DNA from: Chiloscyllium plagiosum
Taxonomy: Eukaryota
DNA length: 20,000 nt
Assembly (NCBI RefSeq): GCF_004010195.1
Contig: NC_057751.1
Span: 3,320,264-3,340,263 of the forward strand
Reading direction: 5' to 3'
Under the pieces are notes generated by a model. That model made no database searches. It saw only the letters and a list, made by a program, of their open reading frames with translations, and was not told where the DNA came from. This document shows positions 1 to 10,229 of the stretch, in pieces; position 1 is the first letter of the stretch; the number at the start of each line of letters is the position of its first letter. Both the position numbers and the translations under genes were made by a program.

Positions 1-1
1 G

Positions 2-403
<402 letters not shown>

Positions 404-496
404 GGACAGACCCGTCATAGCACAGCTTCAAGGCACTGCGCTGGGTTTGGGGGCGGGGGAGGGGGGGGGAGATCTCTGTGCATCCCCATCCAACCC

Positions 497-1054
497 AACC
501 CTTCCCCCCTCTCTCCCCTTCCCCATCCCTTCCCCTCTCTCCCCTCCTCACCCTTAACCCCTCTCTCCCCTTCNNNNNNNNNNNNNNNNNNNNNNNNNNN
601 NNNNNNNNNNNNNNNNNNNNNNNNNNNNNNNNNNNNNNNNNNNNNNNNNNNNNNNNNNNNNNNNNNNNNNNNNNNNNNNNNNNNNNNNNNNNNNNNNNNN
701 NNNNNNNNNNNNNNNNNNNNNNNNNNNNNNNNNNNNNNNNNNNNNNNNNNNNNNNNNNNNNNNNNNNNNNNNNNNNNNNNNNNNNNNNNNNNNNNNNNNN
801 NNNNNNNNNNNNNNNNNNNNNNNNNNNNNNNNNNNNNNNNNNNNNNNNNNNNNNNNNNNNNNNNNNNNNNNNNNNNNNNNNNNNNNNNNNNNNNNNNNNN
901 NNNNNNNNNNNNNNNNNNNNNNNNNNNNNNNNNNNNNNNNNNNNNNNNNNNNNNNNNNNNNNNNNNNNNNNNNTCCCCTCTCTCCCTTTCCCCACCCCTT
1001 CCCCTCTCTCTCCGTCCCCACTCTCTCCCCTTGCCCCCTCTCTCCCCTTCCCCA
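497..1054. repeat. Polypyrimidine (CCCT/CTCT-rich) low-complexity tract spanning a 400-N assembly gap (574-973)
   Basis: C/T-rich sequence on both sides of the N run. Confidence 0.9.
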
Positions 1055-1661
1055 CTGCACAGGATGTGCGACCCACTGGCCTCTGAGCTGGCACTGGGAG
1101 TCAGGAGGAGTGTACAGCACGGCTCTCAGTTTGACCGTTGGATATTCGTGGACAAGGAGGACCAACAAACATCACCCCCACCCCACCCCAAACCCCTCCC
1201 CAGCCCGATCTCACCGAGAGGAAGCTAGCACTTTGGACAGTTTCCTGTGCTCACCCAGGCAGGTTTGGGGTATCAGGGAGCACAGTTACCTCTTTGTAAA
1301 ATGTACTGCCCATGGGGCACCGACAAGACTCCGGCCATTTCGCCTCTTACCTTTTCAAAGGTAAAAGATAAACTGCCTGGGACCCCCTCCCCCTCACAGT
1401 TTGCACAATTTGCTCAATGTTTCCTCCCTCCCACTTTCCTCGGGAGGCTGTCAGAGATAAGGGGAACAAAGCGTTGCTGGCCAAACCATCCGAAGGGACA
1501 ACTCAGCATCCGCATCACCATCACCATCACACACACACATGGAGGAAAGGACACTTTGCAAAGGACAGTCAAAGTGCGCCTGGTCACGTTGGGCTGTGGG
1601 AGGAGCTAGCAGACACCCTGCAGCCTCCCCTCCACCCGTGTCCCTGTGGGTTGACCACTGC

Positions 1662-1692
1662 GTGTCTGTGTCTGTGTCTCTGTGTGTGTGTG
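1662..1692. repeat. (TGTGTC)n/(TG)n microsatellite
   Basis: gtgtctgtgtctgtgtctctgtgtgtgtgtg. Confidence 0.8.
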
Positions 1693-2360
1693 TTTGCACT
1701 GCCCTTGTACACGGACACCAGGCTGGGAGTGCACGCTCCATCCGCATAATCGCAGCTACCTGTACACGCCGAACTTGTGTTTAATCCCCTCCTCCCCCCG
1801 TTTCTCCCCGCCTTTCAGTTTTCTTGAGGGAAATTACAGAGGAGCACTTCCGCACCTTGACTGAGCACTCCCAGTCATTAATGTTAAAGCATGCCAATGC
1901 ACGCTAACATTTCTTTCCTTGGAAACTGCGCGCTACAACAAGAAGAAGAAAAGTTTGAAGCTGTTCTTTCATGGCAGACAGAATGTTCTCGTTAGTTTTT
2001 TGCTCTTTCCAGTTTTTAATGTCTGCATGTGAACCTTGTTATGTCAGACATGGGATCAAAAGTAGTTTGATATCTCCAGTCGAAAGAAACCTGTGAGAAA
2101 TGCTTTTTTGGGGAAGATTTTTGCATACAGTATTTTGAACAAAGATGTAATTCTATTTTGTGGCGTTATTTTTAAGATGTTATCGTACCTTATAATAAGG
2201 TGCATTGCTTGATTTTGTGAAGAGATGGTGATTTCTCACCGATATTCCCATTGGCTTCTTGTCTATTGTAATGCAAATACTGTAATTTAGTTCAAGTATC
2301 GCCATTTGAAAGATACCTAATGTATTGTTGTACCATTTGCACTGTGGGCAAATGTTGAAA

Positions 2361-2366
2361 CATAAA
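2361..2366 (+). terminator. Candidate variant polyadenylation signal CATAAA for egr3
   Basis: CATAAA at the end of the AU-rich block, with GU/U-rich sequence downstream (ttgtgtttg, gcgttttattg). No canonical AATAAA seen in 404-2500. Confidence 0.4.
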
Positions 2367-2504
2367 TATATTGTGTTTGCTGAGATAAGTCCCTCCGCGT
2401 TTTATTGACCGACGACGCGAACTTGAGGCCCTCTCCCTCCCGCCCCCCTCCCCGCTTTACTCCGCCTGACCGCCTGTTTGAGACCAAACACCCCCCTCCC
2501 CCCA

Positions 2505-2682
2505 AAAAAATATAGAACTGCAAATGCTGGAAATCTGAAACAAACAGAGACATTTCTGGAGAAACTCGGCAAGTCTGGCAGCATCGGTGGAGAGAAAGAC
2601 AGAGTCGGTGTTTCGGGTCTAGTGACCCTTCCTCAGAATGCTGCCGGACCGGCTGAGTTTTTCTTATAGTTTCTGTTTCAGA
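2505..2682. mobile_element. Degenerate Penelope pLTR-derived inverted-repeat element
   Basis: Imperfect inverted arms (tctgaaac...gaaactcggcaagtctggcagcat / atgctgccggaccggctgagtttt...gtttcaga) and ctgcaaatgctggaaatc motif shared with the copies at 11361 and 12575. Confidence 0.65.
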
Positions 2683-2756
2683 ACCTGATGCAAGTCTTTA
2701 ACGATTGTGAAGAGGTTTGAGACAGTTCTCTCCACTCTGGAAGATCAGAACCGGGG

Positions 2757-2862
2757 ATCACAGAGTCAAACAGCAGGGAAACAGACCCTTCTGCCCAACC
2801 AGTCTAAGCCAACCATAATCCCGAACTAAACTCATCCCACCTGCCTGTGCTTCACCCATATC
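2757..2862 (-). mobile_element. CR1/HER1 LINE 3' tail fragment
   Basis: Reverse complement of the tail seen at 7650-7750 (gaaacagaccctt...cccatatc). Confidence 0.8.
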
Positions 2863-2864
2863 AT

Positions 2865-3552
2865 ATGCTTCGCCAAATGCATCGTGAATAATAACAGATA
2901 CATCCCAAATAGATGCAACAGGAAATTTGACCCAATCATTTAACGTATGGATTGAAGGGAATCCCTGGGGAAAAACAAGGGCTGAATCAGGAGAGGGAAT
3001 AGCAAACCCACTGAGAGAGTGGGTTTCCTCTGGGTGCTCTGGTTTCCTCCCACAATCCAAAGATGTGCAGGTTAGGGTGAATTGGCTGTGCTAAATTGTC
3101 CATAGTGTCCAGGGATGTGGAGGTTAGGTGCATTAGTCATGGAAAATGGAGAATTGTAGGGAAGGGGAATAGGTCAGGTTGGGATACTCTTCAGATGGTC
3201 GGTGTGGACTTGTTGGGCCAATGGAGGGATTCTATGATTTTTTGAAACCGGATGGGGAGGCTTGTATTCATAGAATCCATGCATCTTGCATGCTACGTAG
3301 AAGTCTGAATGAACTAGCTGGATTGAAAAACCCCTCCCGGTTCACCGTAATCCCACGGAGTCAATCTTTCAGCTCAGAAATAGGCTCTGTATTTCCAACT
3401 CTGGGAATCTTTAATTGTTCTGTAAAAGGAAGACCTGAATGAGAAGGTTTAAACATGGTGCTGAAAGGGGGCAGGGAAACATTCACCAATGTTTACACCG
3501 TGAAAATATCACAGTTCTTTTAACGAACCATCATTCAGGTATTGAATAAAAA
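2865..3552 (-). pseudogene. Endogenous viral L gene, C-terminal remnant (possible cap methyltransferase and CTD), split by a SINE at 3019-3239
   Basis: Minus strand gives NCDIF...(33 codons)...QLKIP...(~36 codons)...NPASS/[frameshift]HSDFYVACK. This resembles the D-K-E spacing and SS..SE.Y..CK motif of mononegaviral MTases. Collinear with the stronger L fragments, but weak on its own. Confidence 0.45.
3019..3239 (+). mobile_element. HE1-like V-SINE, 5'-truncated
   Basis: V-domain gggtttcctctgggtgctctggtttcctcccacaatccaaagatgtgcaggttag followed by a CR1-like tail ending gggattctatgatt. Confidence 0.85.
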
Positions 3553-4422
3553 TGTAAGACATTTGAACAGAGATAGGAAATTCAGCTCCTCCACTCAAAG
3601 CAATCATCGCTGGCCTCACGCCCATCTCAACTCCATTTTCCTGCCTGCTCTCCATAACCCTTTAACCTGTTATTAATTAAAGACCTGTCTGTCTCTTCCT
3701 TAATAGTCCCAGCATCCACCACACTCTGGGATAGTGAATTCCACACATTCAGGACCATTTCAGAGAAGTTATTTCTGCATATCTCTTTTTTTAAAAAAAA
3801 AAAATCTGCTATCCCTTATCCTAAAAGTATCACCTGCTGTTCTAGATTCTCCCACCAAGCTATACAGATGTACAGCACAGAAACAGACCCTTCGGTTCCA
3901 CATGTCCATGTGACCAGATATCTTAAATTAAACTAATCCCATTTACTAGGACTTGGCCCATATCCCTTGAAACCCTTCATTTTCACATACCCATCCAGAT
4001 GCCTTTTAAATGTTGTAATTGCACCAGCCTCCACCACTTCCTCTGGCAGCTCATTCCAGACGCGTGTGTGAAAAAGTTGCTCCTTTGGTCCATTTTACAT
4101 CTTCCCCCTCTCACCTTAAATCTATGCCTTCTAGTTCTGGACTCCCCCACACACATGTCTATTTACCCTATCCACGTTCCTCTATAAGGTCACCCCTCAG
4201 CCTCCAGCACTCCAGGGAAAACAGCCCCAGCCTCTCCCTGTGGCCCAAACCCTCCAACCCTGGCAACATCCCTGTAAATCCTTTCTGCACCTTTCAAGTT
4301 GAACAAGAGACTTTTCACATGAGATCTTCTCTCCTTCTGCTAAGCTCCAGACAGTCTGAGCCTAAACTGCTCAGCCTCTCTTCATAAGACAAAACCATCA
4401 CCTCTGGAATCAACCCAATGAA
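3553..4422 (-). mobile_element. Old CR1 LINE 3' region (3553-3859, resuming 4298-4422) with a younger CR1/HER1 copy nested at ~3860-4297
   Basis: Antisense of CR1 RT C-terminus and 3' UTR. The nested copy is the reverse complement of 7270-7750 (ccagcctccaccacttcctctggcagctcattcc). Confidence 0.85.
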
Positions 4423-4424
4423 TT

Positions 4425-6180
4425 CATTGACGATCTATGAAAATATTTGGAATGCTATTAATAATTCAATGTGTGTTCTGACAAACTAAATAAATTACAT
4501 AGAGGTTGGAGCATTGGAAAATCTGGGTGAATCCTCAATACTCCAAATTTCCTCAATAAGGAAAGTATACAATCATTGTCTAAATATGTAAATACCCAGG
4601 CCAGCTGGATGTGAATTCTCTCAAACATTTGAAATAATCAAGGAAAAAACTTTGCAAGATTTTTTCCCAAAGTTCAAATATTGGGTGCATGAAGTGAATC
4701 ATGAAATTACATTCTATAAAGTGTATTGTAATAATTCTGTAAAGCCTGTCATCAAATTGAAATGATGCAAGCAAAATTGATTGGAAGGGATTATAGCAAA
4801 TGAATAATCCTTGACTTTAAAGAGTTGTTTATTTAGTTGATGTCGAACAAAATAAACTGAAAAAGCGATGAGTAAGTTCAGTGTTCAAAAGAAAATTGCA
4901 AAAATAGTTTTCAAAAAGGGTAAGATAAAATATTAAGTATAAACAATCTAAAGTTCATTTGATTTCACAGGACATGGAAGAGCAATTTAATAAACCCCCC
5001 AAGTGCAAATTTTACAAGTCTTTAATTATTCACATCATTTCCAAACATAGTGTGGACCTTGGGACAGTTCAAGTTGGTACCAATAATTAAAGAGATGTGC
5101 CATTTGCTATCACTGGAATTCGACTGAGGTGACCAAGTAGGAATGTTTTGAAGAAAAGATTGGATCTGTGTGAACATAGCATTCATCCAATGCCATTAAA
5201 ACCAATCCTTTCATGCTCAGGGACAATAAAAACTTGAGCATTTTACACAGAAAACTGAAAATATTTCAGATAATAACATCCAGTTGCAGCCTAATGACAA
5301 TGATAGAACCTGCATGGTTGTCTGTTTTGACATTGTTCCTTATTAACACAAGGCTTATAGGGAACAGAAAGCCAGTTAAGTAACCTGCCTTTGCCTCCTG
5401 AAATAATAGGTATCTTGGGTGTATGTTTCCCTGTGGCACAGATGTACTGCATTGGGACAAGTGAAAATCGTACACAAGTCTCAACAAAAGGGCCATAGCC
5501 GAATTCACTCTTTGAAGCACTTTCTCTGTACTCATGAGACAAAGTGTAACTGCTATTTTTTTTTCCTTGCATGTTATTTTTCTGTATGAGCTACAAGTCC
5601 CATCTTTGATCTCACTTGAGGGTTGCTTAAAACCCTCGTCTGACTTTCTCCAGAATCCCAGAAGATCGTTTTCCTCCCAGCTCTGCGCTCCTTCTGTACA
5701 AATGTTTTCACTTATGGAAACTATTGCAATTTTTTTGTGTGAAAGTGGCGAGGAACGTCTCAATTTAGTTCCTTGTTACAATATTTTGTGACCAACATAA
5801 TTGTTGCTGGTGGAGAGAAGATAACTGAACTGAATGGTGAGAGGAAGCCATTTATTCTGTGGAAACTGACCACTGCAAGTATACCAGTTCAATCAGCTGA
5901 GTAGGGAAAGGGTTTTCAACAAGAGTACCTTTGGTACTTCTTCTATTTCACCTGGCAGGTACTGAAGATGATTTGTTGTGCCTTCCAAATTGATATGTTC
6001 CCCTAATATTCATACTACATTTATTTTGCATCAGTTCAACTGCATGCATTTAAGTCTTGTTTTGGTGAATTAATGTTCTGTGTGATGTATTTAGATATAT
6101 CTTTTCATACTTCCTGGATGTTGTGAAGGTGCCCCTTTCTGGATAGTGTGCTGTGATAGAGTGGTTGCAGGGCAGAAGGA
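4425..6180 (-). pseudogene. L: Endogenous mononegaviral (filovirus-like) L gene remnant: capping/PRNTase domain and downstream region
   Basis: Ordered motifs on the minus strand: NACS*TDAK*M*YEY*G/EHINLEGTTNHLQY at ~6050-5960 (cf. CS..A..LR..SWG....GTT.PHP), GTCSSYRKITCKEKK at 5601-5557 (cf. G...PY.GS.T.EK), QGNIHPRY at 5433-5410 (cf. Ebola SGNIVHRY, HR motif) and DVII*NIFSF at 5280-5251 (cf. NIIFQN). Includes the 165-codon ORF 5266-5763. Confidence 0.8.
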
Positions 6181-6184
6181 GTAA

Positions 6185-6530
6185 GACAAGTTTTATCTTT
6201 CCACATCACACTTCCCCTTTACATTTGTGCTCAGTCTTGTTCTTCTCTTCCCAGTCCTTCACAGCAACTACACATTCCTGATGAAGTTCATTGATAACAA
6301 GTGTGCACTGCACACTAAACAAAGTGTGGCCATTGCATTATAAACCCTCACTCTAACCTCTGTCGATGTGCACTCTCGTATTAGTCTTCTGTGTGCAATA
6401 CTTCATTTTATCTTTTATTCTCTCATTTAGTTGCAAAACTGATCTAAGTCCTTTGTAAGTCTTCTCATTGCATTGTTAATGTTTGTGCCACTCTGTTCCT
6501 CCACCTTCCTCCCCTTCCTCAAATTGCTCC
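6185..6530 (-). mobile_element. Highly degenerate CR1 RT fragment
   Basis: Minus strand shows remnants of LQKDLDQ, EVRVRVYNAM..PH...CVQ and V.A.E...RRTRL motifs of CR1 ORF2. Confidence 0.55.
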
Positions 6531-6584
6531 TTAGTATCAGTCTCTTTGGTCAAATGTTTGGTCACCTGCCCTCGCATTTTCTGA

Positions 6585-7760
6585 ATGGACTTCAGTAAGG
6601 TGTTCAACAAGGTTCCTCATGGTAGACTGGTGAGCAAGGTTAGAACACATGTAATCCAGGGAGAACAAGCCATTTGGATACAGAACTGGCTCGAAGGTAG
6701 AAGACAGAGGGTGGTGGTGGAGGGTTGTTTTTCAGACTGGCGGCCTGTGACCAGTGGAGTGCCACAAGGATCAGTGCTGGGTCCACTACTTATCGTCATT
6801 TATATAAATGATTTGGATGTAAACATAGGAGCTATTGTCAGTAAGTTTGAAGATGACACCAAATTGCAGGTATAGTGGACAGCGAAGAAGGTTACCTCAG
6901 AGTACAATGGGATCTTGATCAGATGGGCCAATGGACCAAGGAGTGGCAGATGGAGTTTAATTTAGATAAATGTGAGATGCTACATTTGTAAAAGTAAATT
7001 AGGGCAGCATTTATATACTTAATGGTAAGGTCCTGGGGAGTGTTGCTGGACAAAACGATCTTGGAGTACAGGTTCATAACTCCTTGAAAGTGGAGTCACA
7101 GGTAGATAGGATAGTGAAGAAGGCATTTGGTATGCTTTCCTTTATTGGTCAGAGTATTGAGTACAGGAGTTGGGAGGTCATGTTGCGGCTGTACAGGACA
7201 TTGGTTGGGCCACTGTTGGAATATTGCGTGCAATTCTGGTCTCCTTCCTATCGGAAAGATGTTGTGGAACTTGAAAAGGTTCAGAAAAGCTGTACAAGGA
7301 TGTTGCCAGGGTTGGAGGATTTGAGCTATAGGGAGAGGCTGGATTGGCTGGGGCTGTTTTCCCTGGAGCGTCAGAGGCTGAGGGGTGATTTTATAGAGGT
7401 TTATAAAATCATGAGTGACATGGATAGGGTAAATAGACAAAGTCTTTTCCCTGGGGTCAGGGAGTCCAGAACTAGAGGGCATAGGCTAAGGTTGAGAGGG
7501 GAAAAATTTAAAAGGGACCTAAGAGGCAACATTTTCACGCAGAGGGTGGTATGTGTATGGAATGAGCTGCCAGAGGAAGTGATGGAGGCTGGTACAAAGA
7601 CAACATTTAAAAGGCATCTGGATGGGTATATGAGGAGGAAGGGTTTGGAGGGATATGGGCCAAGAGCTGACAAATAGGATTTTGTGAGATTTGGTTAGGA
7701 CATCTGGTTGGCATGGACGAGTTGGACCGAAGGGTCTGTTTCCGTGCTTTACATCTTTAA
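6585..7760 (+). mobile_element. CR1/HER1 LINE, 5'-truncated: RT domain to 3' UTR
   Basis: [12 protein letters not shown]...[13 protein letters not shown]...YINDL...KFEDDTK, then LEYCVQFWSP...FTQRVVCVWNELP (ORFs 6585-6875 and 7084-7677). Frameshifted, with typical tail gaagggtctgtttccgtgct. Confidence 0.95.
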
Positions 7761-8447
7761 CAAGCTGTCCTGGCTTTTTTTTTTCAGAGGGGTTGTGAAA
7801 GCAGTGATTCTGAAATGTCTTGGTTTAAAAGGTTTTAGGGCCAATTTCATTACAGCTAACCGATACTGTCACGGAGAAAAAGGTTTTCAAATTTTTGAAT
7901 AAAAAACATTTGTACAATGGAAGGGGAATGGCCAGTTCTCCCAGTTCAACTTCTCTGTAGTTTGGTTTGGTTTGGTTTGGTTTGGTTTGGTTTGAGTTGG
8001 GTTTTAGCAGTCTGGCTGTTCACTGAAAGCAGTCAGTCAGTTTGAGGCTGCTGGCCAAGAAACAGCGACATGGAAGAAGGTGTTCCAGCTGAATCCCTCT
8101 GCCATCTCTGTCTCTCTCTCTCTCTCCTGTAAGACCTTGTATTTGATTTTTCCTTTTGTGCCAAGAGGTGTTTATGGGGATTGTGGCAGGAATTTGGAAC
8201 AGCATCATTAAGTTAGGGTAGTCATGAGTTTGCGAATAGGTTGAATTATTTGGAATTCTGTGCTCTTTTGTTTGTGTTTCATTTGGTAATCTTGCAAATA
8301 AATTCTGTTTTGTTTAGAACTAAGTGGTTGGGTCAGTTGCATCCCTCCTGGGATAGCTGCGTTACACCTACTTAAAACAATTAACACAGCCAGGGTCTGG
8401 GCTACCTTCTTAAAATATTTTGAGAGGGTCTGGCCTGGTCCATAACA
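7761..8447 (+). mobile_element. LTR (Gypsy/ERV-like), 5'-truncated
   Basis: Ends ...ggtccataACA at 8447, with AATAAA at 8297-8302 and internal simple repeats. No matching 5' TG end or TSD is visible. Confidence 0.6.
7961..7994. repeat. (TTTGG)n pentanucleotide microsatellite
   Basis: Six full copies plus tttg. Confidence 0.95.
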
Positions 8448-8702
8448 CCTGACATCTGGCTCTGGGTCAGTCTTAATCATTCTCCGAAGAATCTTTTGAC
8501 CTGTTAATGTGCCATATAAGTGCAAGTTGTTACTGTGGGCTGCAAACGGTACCAGCTTACAATTGGGTACAAACCAACATATCTGAGCTTAACAAAAAGT
8601 GAGTTCTGAGATGCACGATACTCTGGGGAAGATGTTTCCCTGCGTAACAATGGTATTCTTTCTCACTACTGATGTAATTCTTGGCCATTTTCCCAAACCT
8701 TG

Positions 8703-8800
8703 GTGGGACAAGTTCAGTTTGGCAAACTTGGTTGGCATGGACAAGTTGGATCGAAGGGTCTGTTTCTGTGTTGTATGACTCTACAATGATGTCTATGACT
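8703..8800 (+). mobile_element. CR1/HER1 3' tail fragment
   Basis: ttggttggcatggacaagttggatcgaagggtctgtttctgtgttgtatgactct, as at 7705-7750 and 17730-17785. Confidence 0.85.
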
Positions 8801-9587
8801 GCCCTGCATCCGAAAGACCTTTTTTTTTATTCTTCATGTGGGAATGTATTGAATTGGGGAATTTTCGATTATGTTTGAAACTTCAATTCAAGGAGAACAG
8901 GAGAGCAGGATCTTACCTGTCTGAGGTCTTTGCTTGTGAAAGATTTTGCTTTGTAGGTAGTGCCGGTGATAAAATCTTGCGAATGCGTTTTGAATATGTT
9001 GTATTATTATGGTTAAGTTCATGAATATGTTACATTCATCTTTTTGAAATACCAATACTCTGCTTAAAATCAAAAGCCTTGAATTTATCTAAGAATATCC
9101 CAACCTCAGGCCTGCCAAAAGTAAAGAAACACTTTTGAAATTTGCTCTCTGTTAGAATCCCAGAAATACTTGCTTGTGATGTCGTAATGGGTTTTTTTTG
9201 CTAAACCTGTAGAATCTTTCCAGTAACCTCTGACCCTTCTTGTACCTATCCCAACAGACTGTACTTCACACATCTTGTCATCACAACCTCAATGCCAATT
9301 GCCTGAAGGGGTTTCATTAATCTTTGGTCCCTTTGACCAGGAAATTATCTCTCTCATGCTGCTTCCCAACTTGAGGAGGCTCAGCCTGTATAATCCTTCT
9401 TGGTCAAAGCTTTGAAACATGGATCATTCAATCTGTTCAGTTTCTCCTTCAATTTGCAATCGATCACAACTTGCCTCATTTCAAATTGTAACTTTCTCCC
9501 TGTCATCACTCCGATATGGTGGAGTACTTCATTATCATGCTCTGGACTTATTTCCAAAATTCTTCCTCTCCCCCTCTGCAACTTTAA

Positions 9588-9645
9588 CACACAAAAGAAC
9601 ACCAGGAGTAGCAGAAGGCCATTGGGCCCCTCGGGTCTGGCCTGC
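9588..9645 (-). mobile_element. CR1 extreme 3' tail fragment
   Basis: aagaacaccaggagtagcagaaggccattgggcccctcg is antisense to the tail at 18375-18420 (gggctgaatggcctcctcctgttcct). Confidence 0.65.
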
Positions 9646-10229
9646 ATCACCTTTCACTCAGATGGTGAGTGGAATTCCACTTGGTGGCCCAACCCTCATC
9701 AGTTCAACCTGTTTGACCAGATGTTTTCTGACCAACCTGAGTATCTTCTTGTCAGGCTGCTTGACTCAGGATCTGCCCAATGACTCCTGGAACCATAGGT
9801 GATGTATAGTTCCATGGGTTTGTGTGGATCATGGCCAGTCTTTGCCAGCAGAAAGCCTTTGTGCAGATCCTGGCCATGGGTGTGCAGATTATTGTGGGAC
9901 AATCGAGCTTTGACCAAACATTGACCTCAGCACCACTGTCTCCCCCCCACCCTGTCCCCCCACCCTCACCACCTTCTCTCAATCCTCAATCCTTTGCCTT
10001 GCTCCCAGCCTTTGGAATCATTATCCTCCCCTGAGGTATTGCGAGACCCTGAGGCCCCGATTCCATTCAGACCAATCACCAGGCCTTCTCCCAGACCTTT
10101 TTCATTGGACAGGCTGAGAAGGCCCCTGCTCTTCAGAAATGGGCAAAAAGCACTACATGCAGTGCCATGTGGCAGGTTTTGATGGAATAATGGCTACAAT
10201 GGGCCATAAAATTCAAGCTGCAATGAAAC

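Larger units (their letters stand above)
404..2390 (+). other. Probable egr3 3' UTR
   Basis: Follows the stop codon and is free of recognisable TEs. It becomes AU-rich at 1880-2380 and ends at a variant poly(A) hexamer just before the first TE. Confidence 0.6.
8448..9930 (-). pseudogene. L: Endogenous filovirus-like L gene remnant: N-terminal part up to just before the RdRp pre-motif A, interrupted by CR1 tails
   Basis: Minus strand: SKLDCPTII near 9915-9890 (cf. RLSSPIV/HLDSPIV); GQRDQRLMKPLQAIGIEVVMTRCVKYS at 9338-9258 (cf. Ebola GSDGYKIIKFLEPLCLAKIQLCSKYT); IRKILSPALPTKQNLSQAK at 8984-8928 (cf. IQKHWGHPVLHSETAIQKVK); GKWPRIT...NIFPRVSCISELTF...ICWFVPN...GQKILRRMIKTD at 8694-8466 (cf. QFPP...PLFSTKIISDLSIF...TCWDAVFEPN; VSV KKVLQTML). 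Motif order is as expected. Confidence 0.78.

Noticed and set aside
4600..4800. Plus-strand DFFPKFKYWVHEV...VYC, resembling a hAT TTF-type zinc finger
   Set aside because: No further transposase motifs; the region is better explained as the antisense of the L remnant.
6140..6275. Minus-strand CCEGLG and NHSITAHY as RdRp motifs B and C
   Set aside because: The CEGL stretch lies in a degenerate CR1 fragment, and the position is wrong relative to the flanking L motifs.
8911..8990. Strong minus-strand splice donor CAG|GTAAGA and a hepadnavirus-like ARFY...RHYL string
   Set aside because: No matching acceptor or host protein recognised; spacing does not fit hepadnaviral terminal protein; another frame fits filovirus L better.
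9100..9125. FGRPEV as the L GHP motif
   Set aside because: IRK...PAL at 8984-8958 aligns better with IQKHWGHPVL and its flanks.
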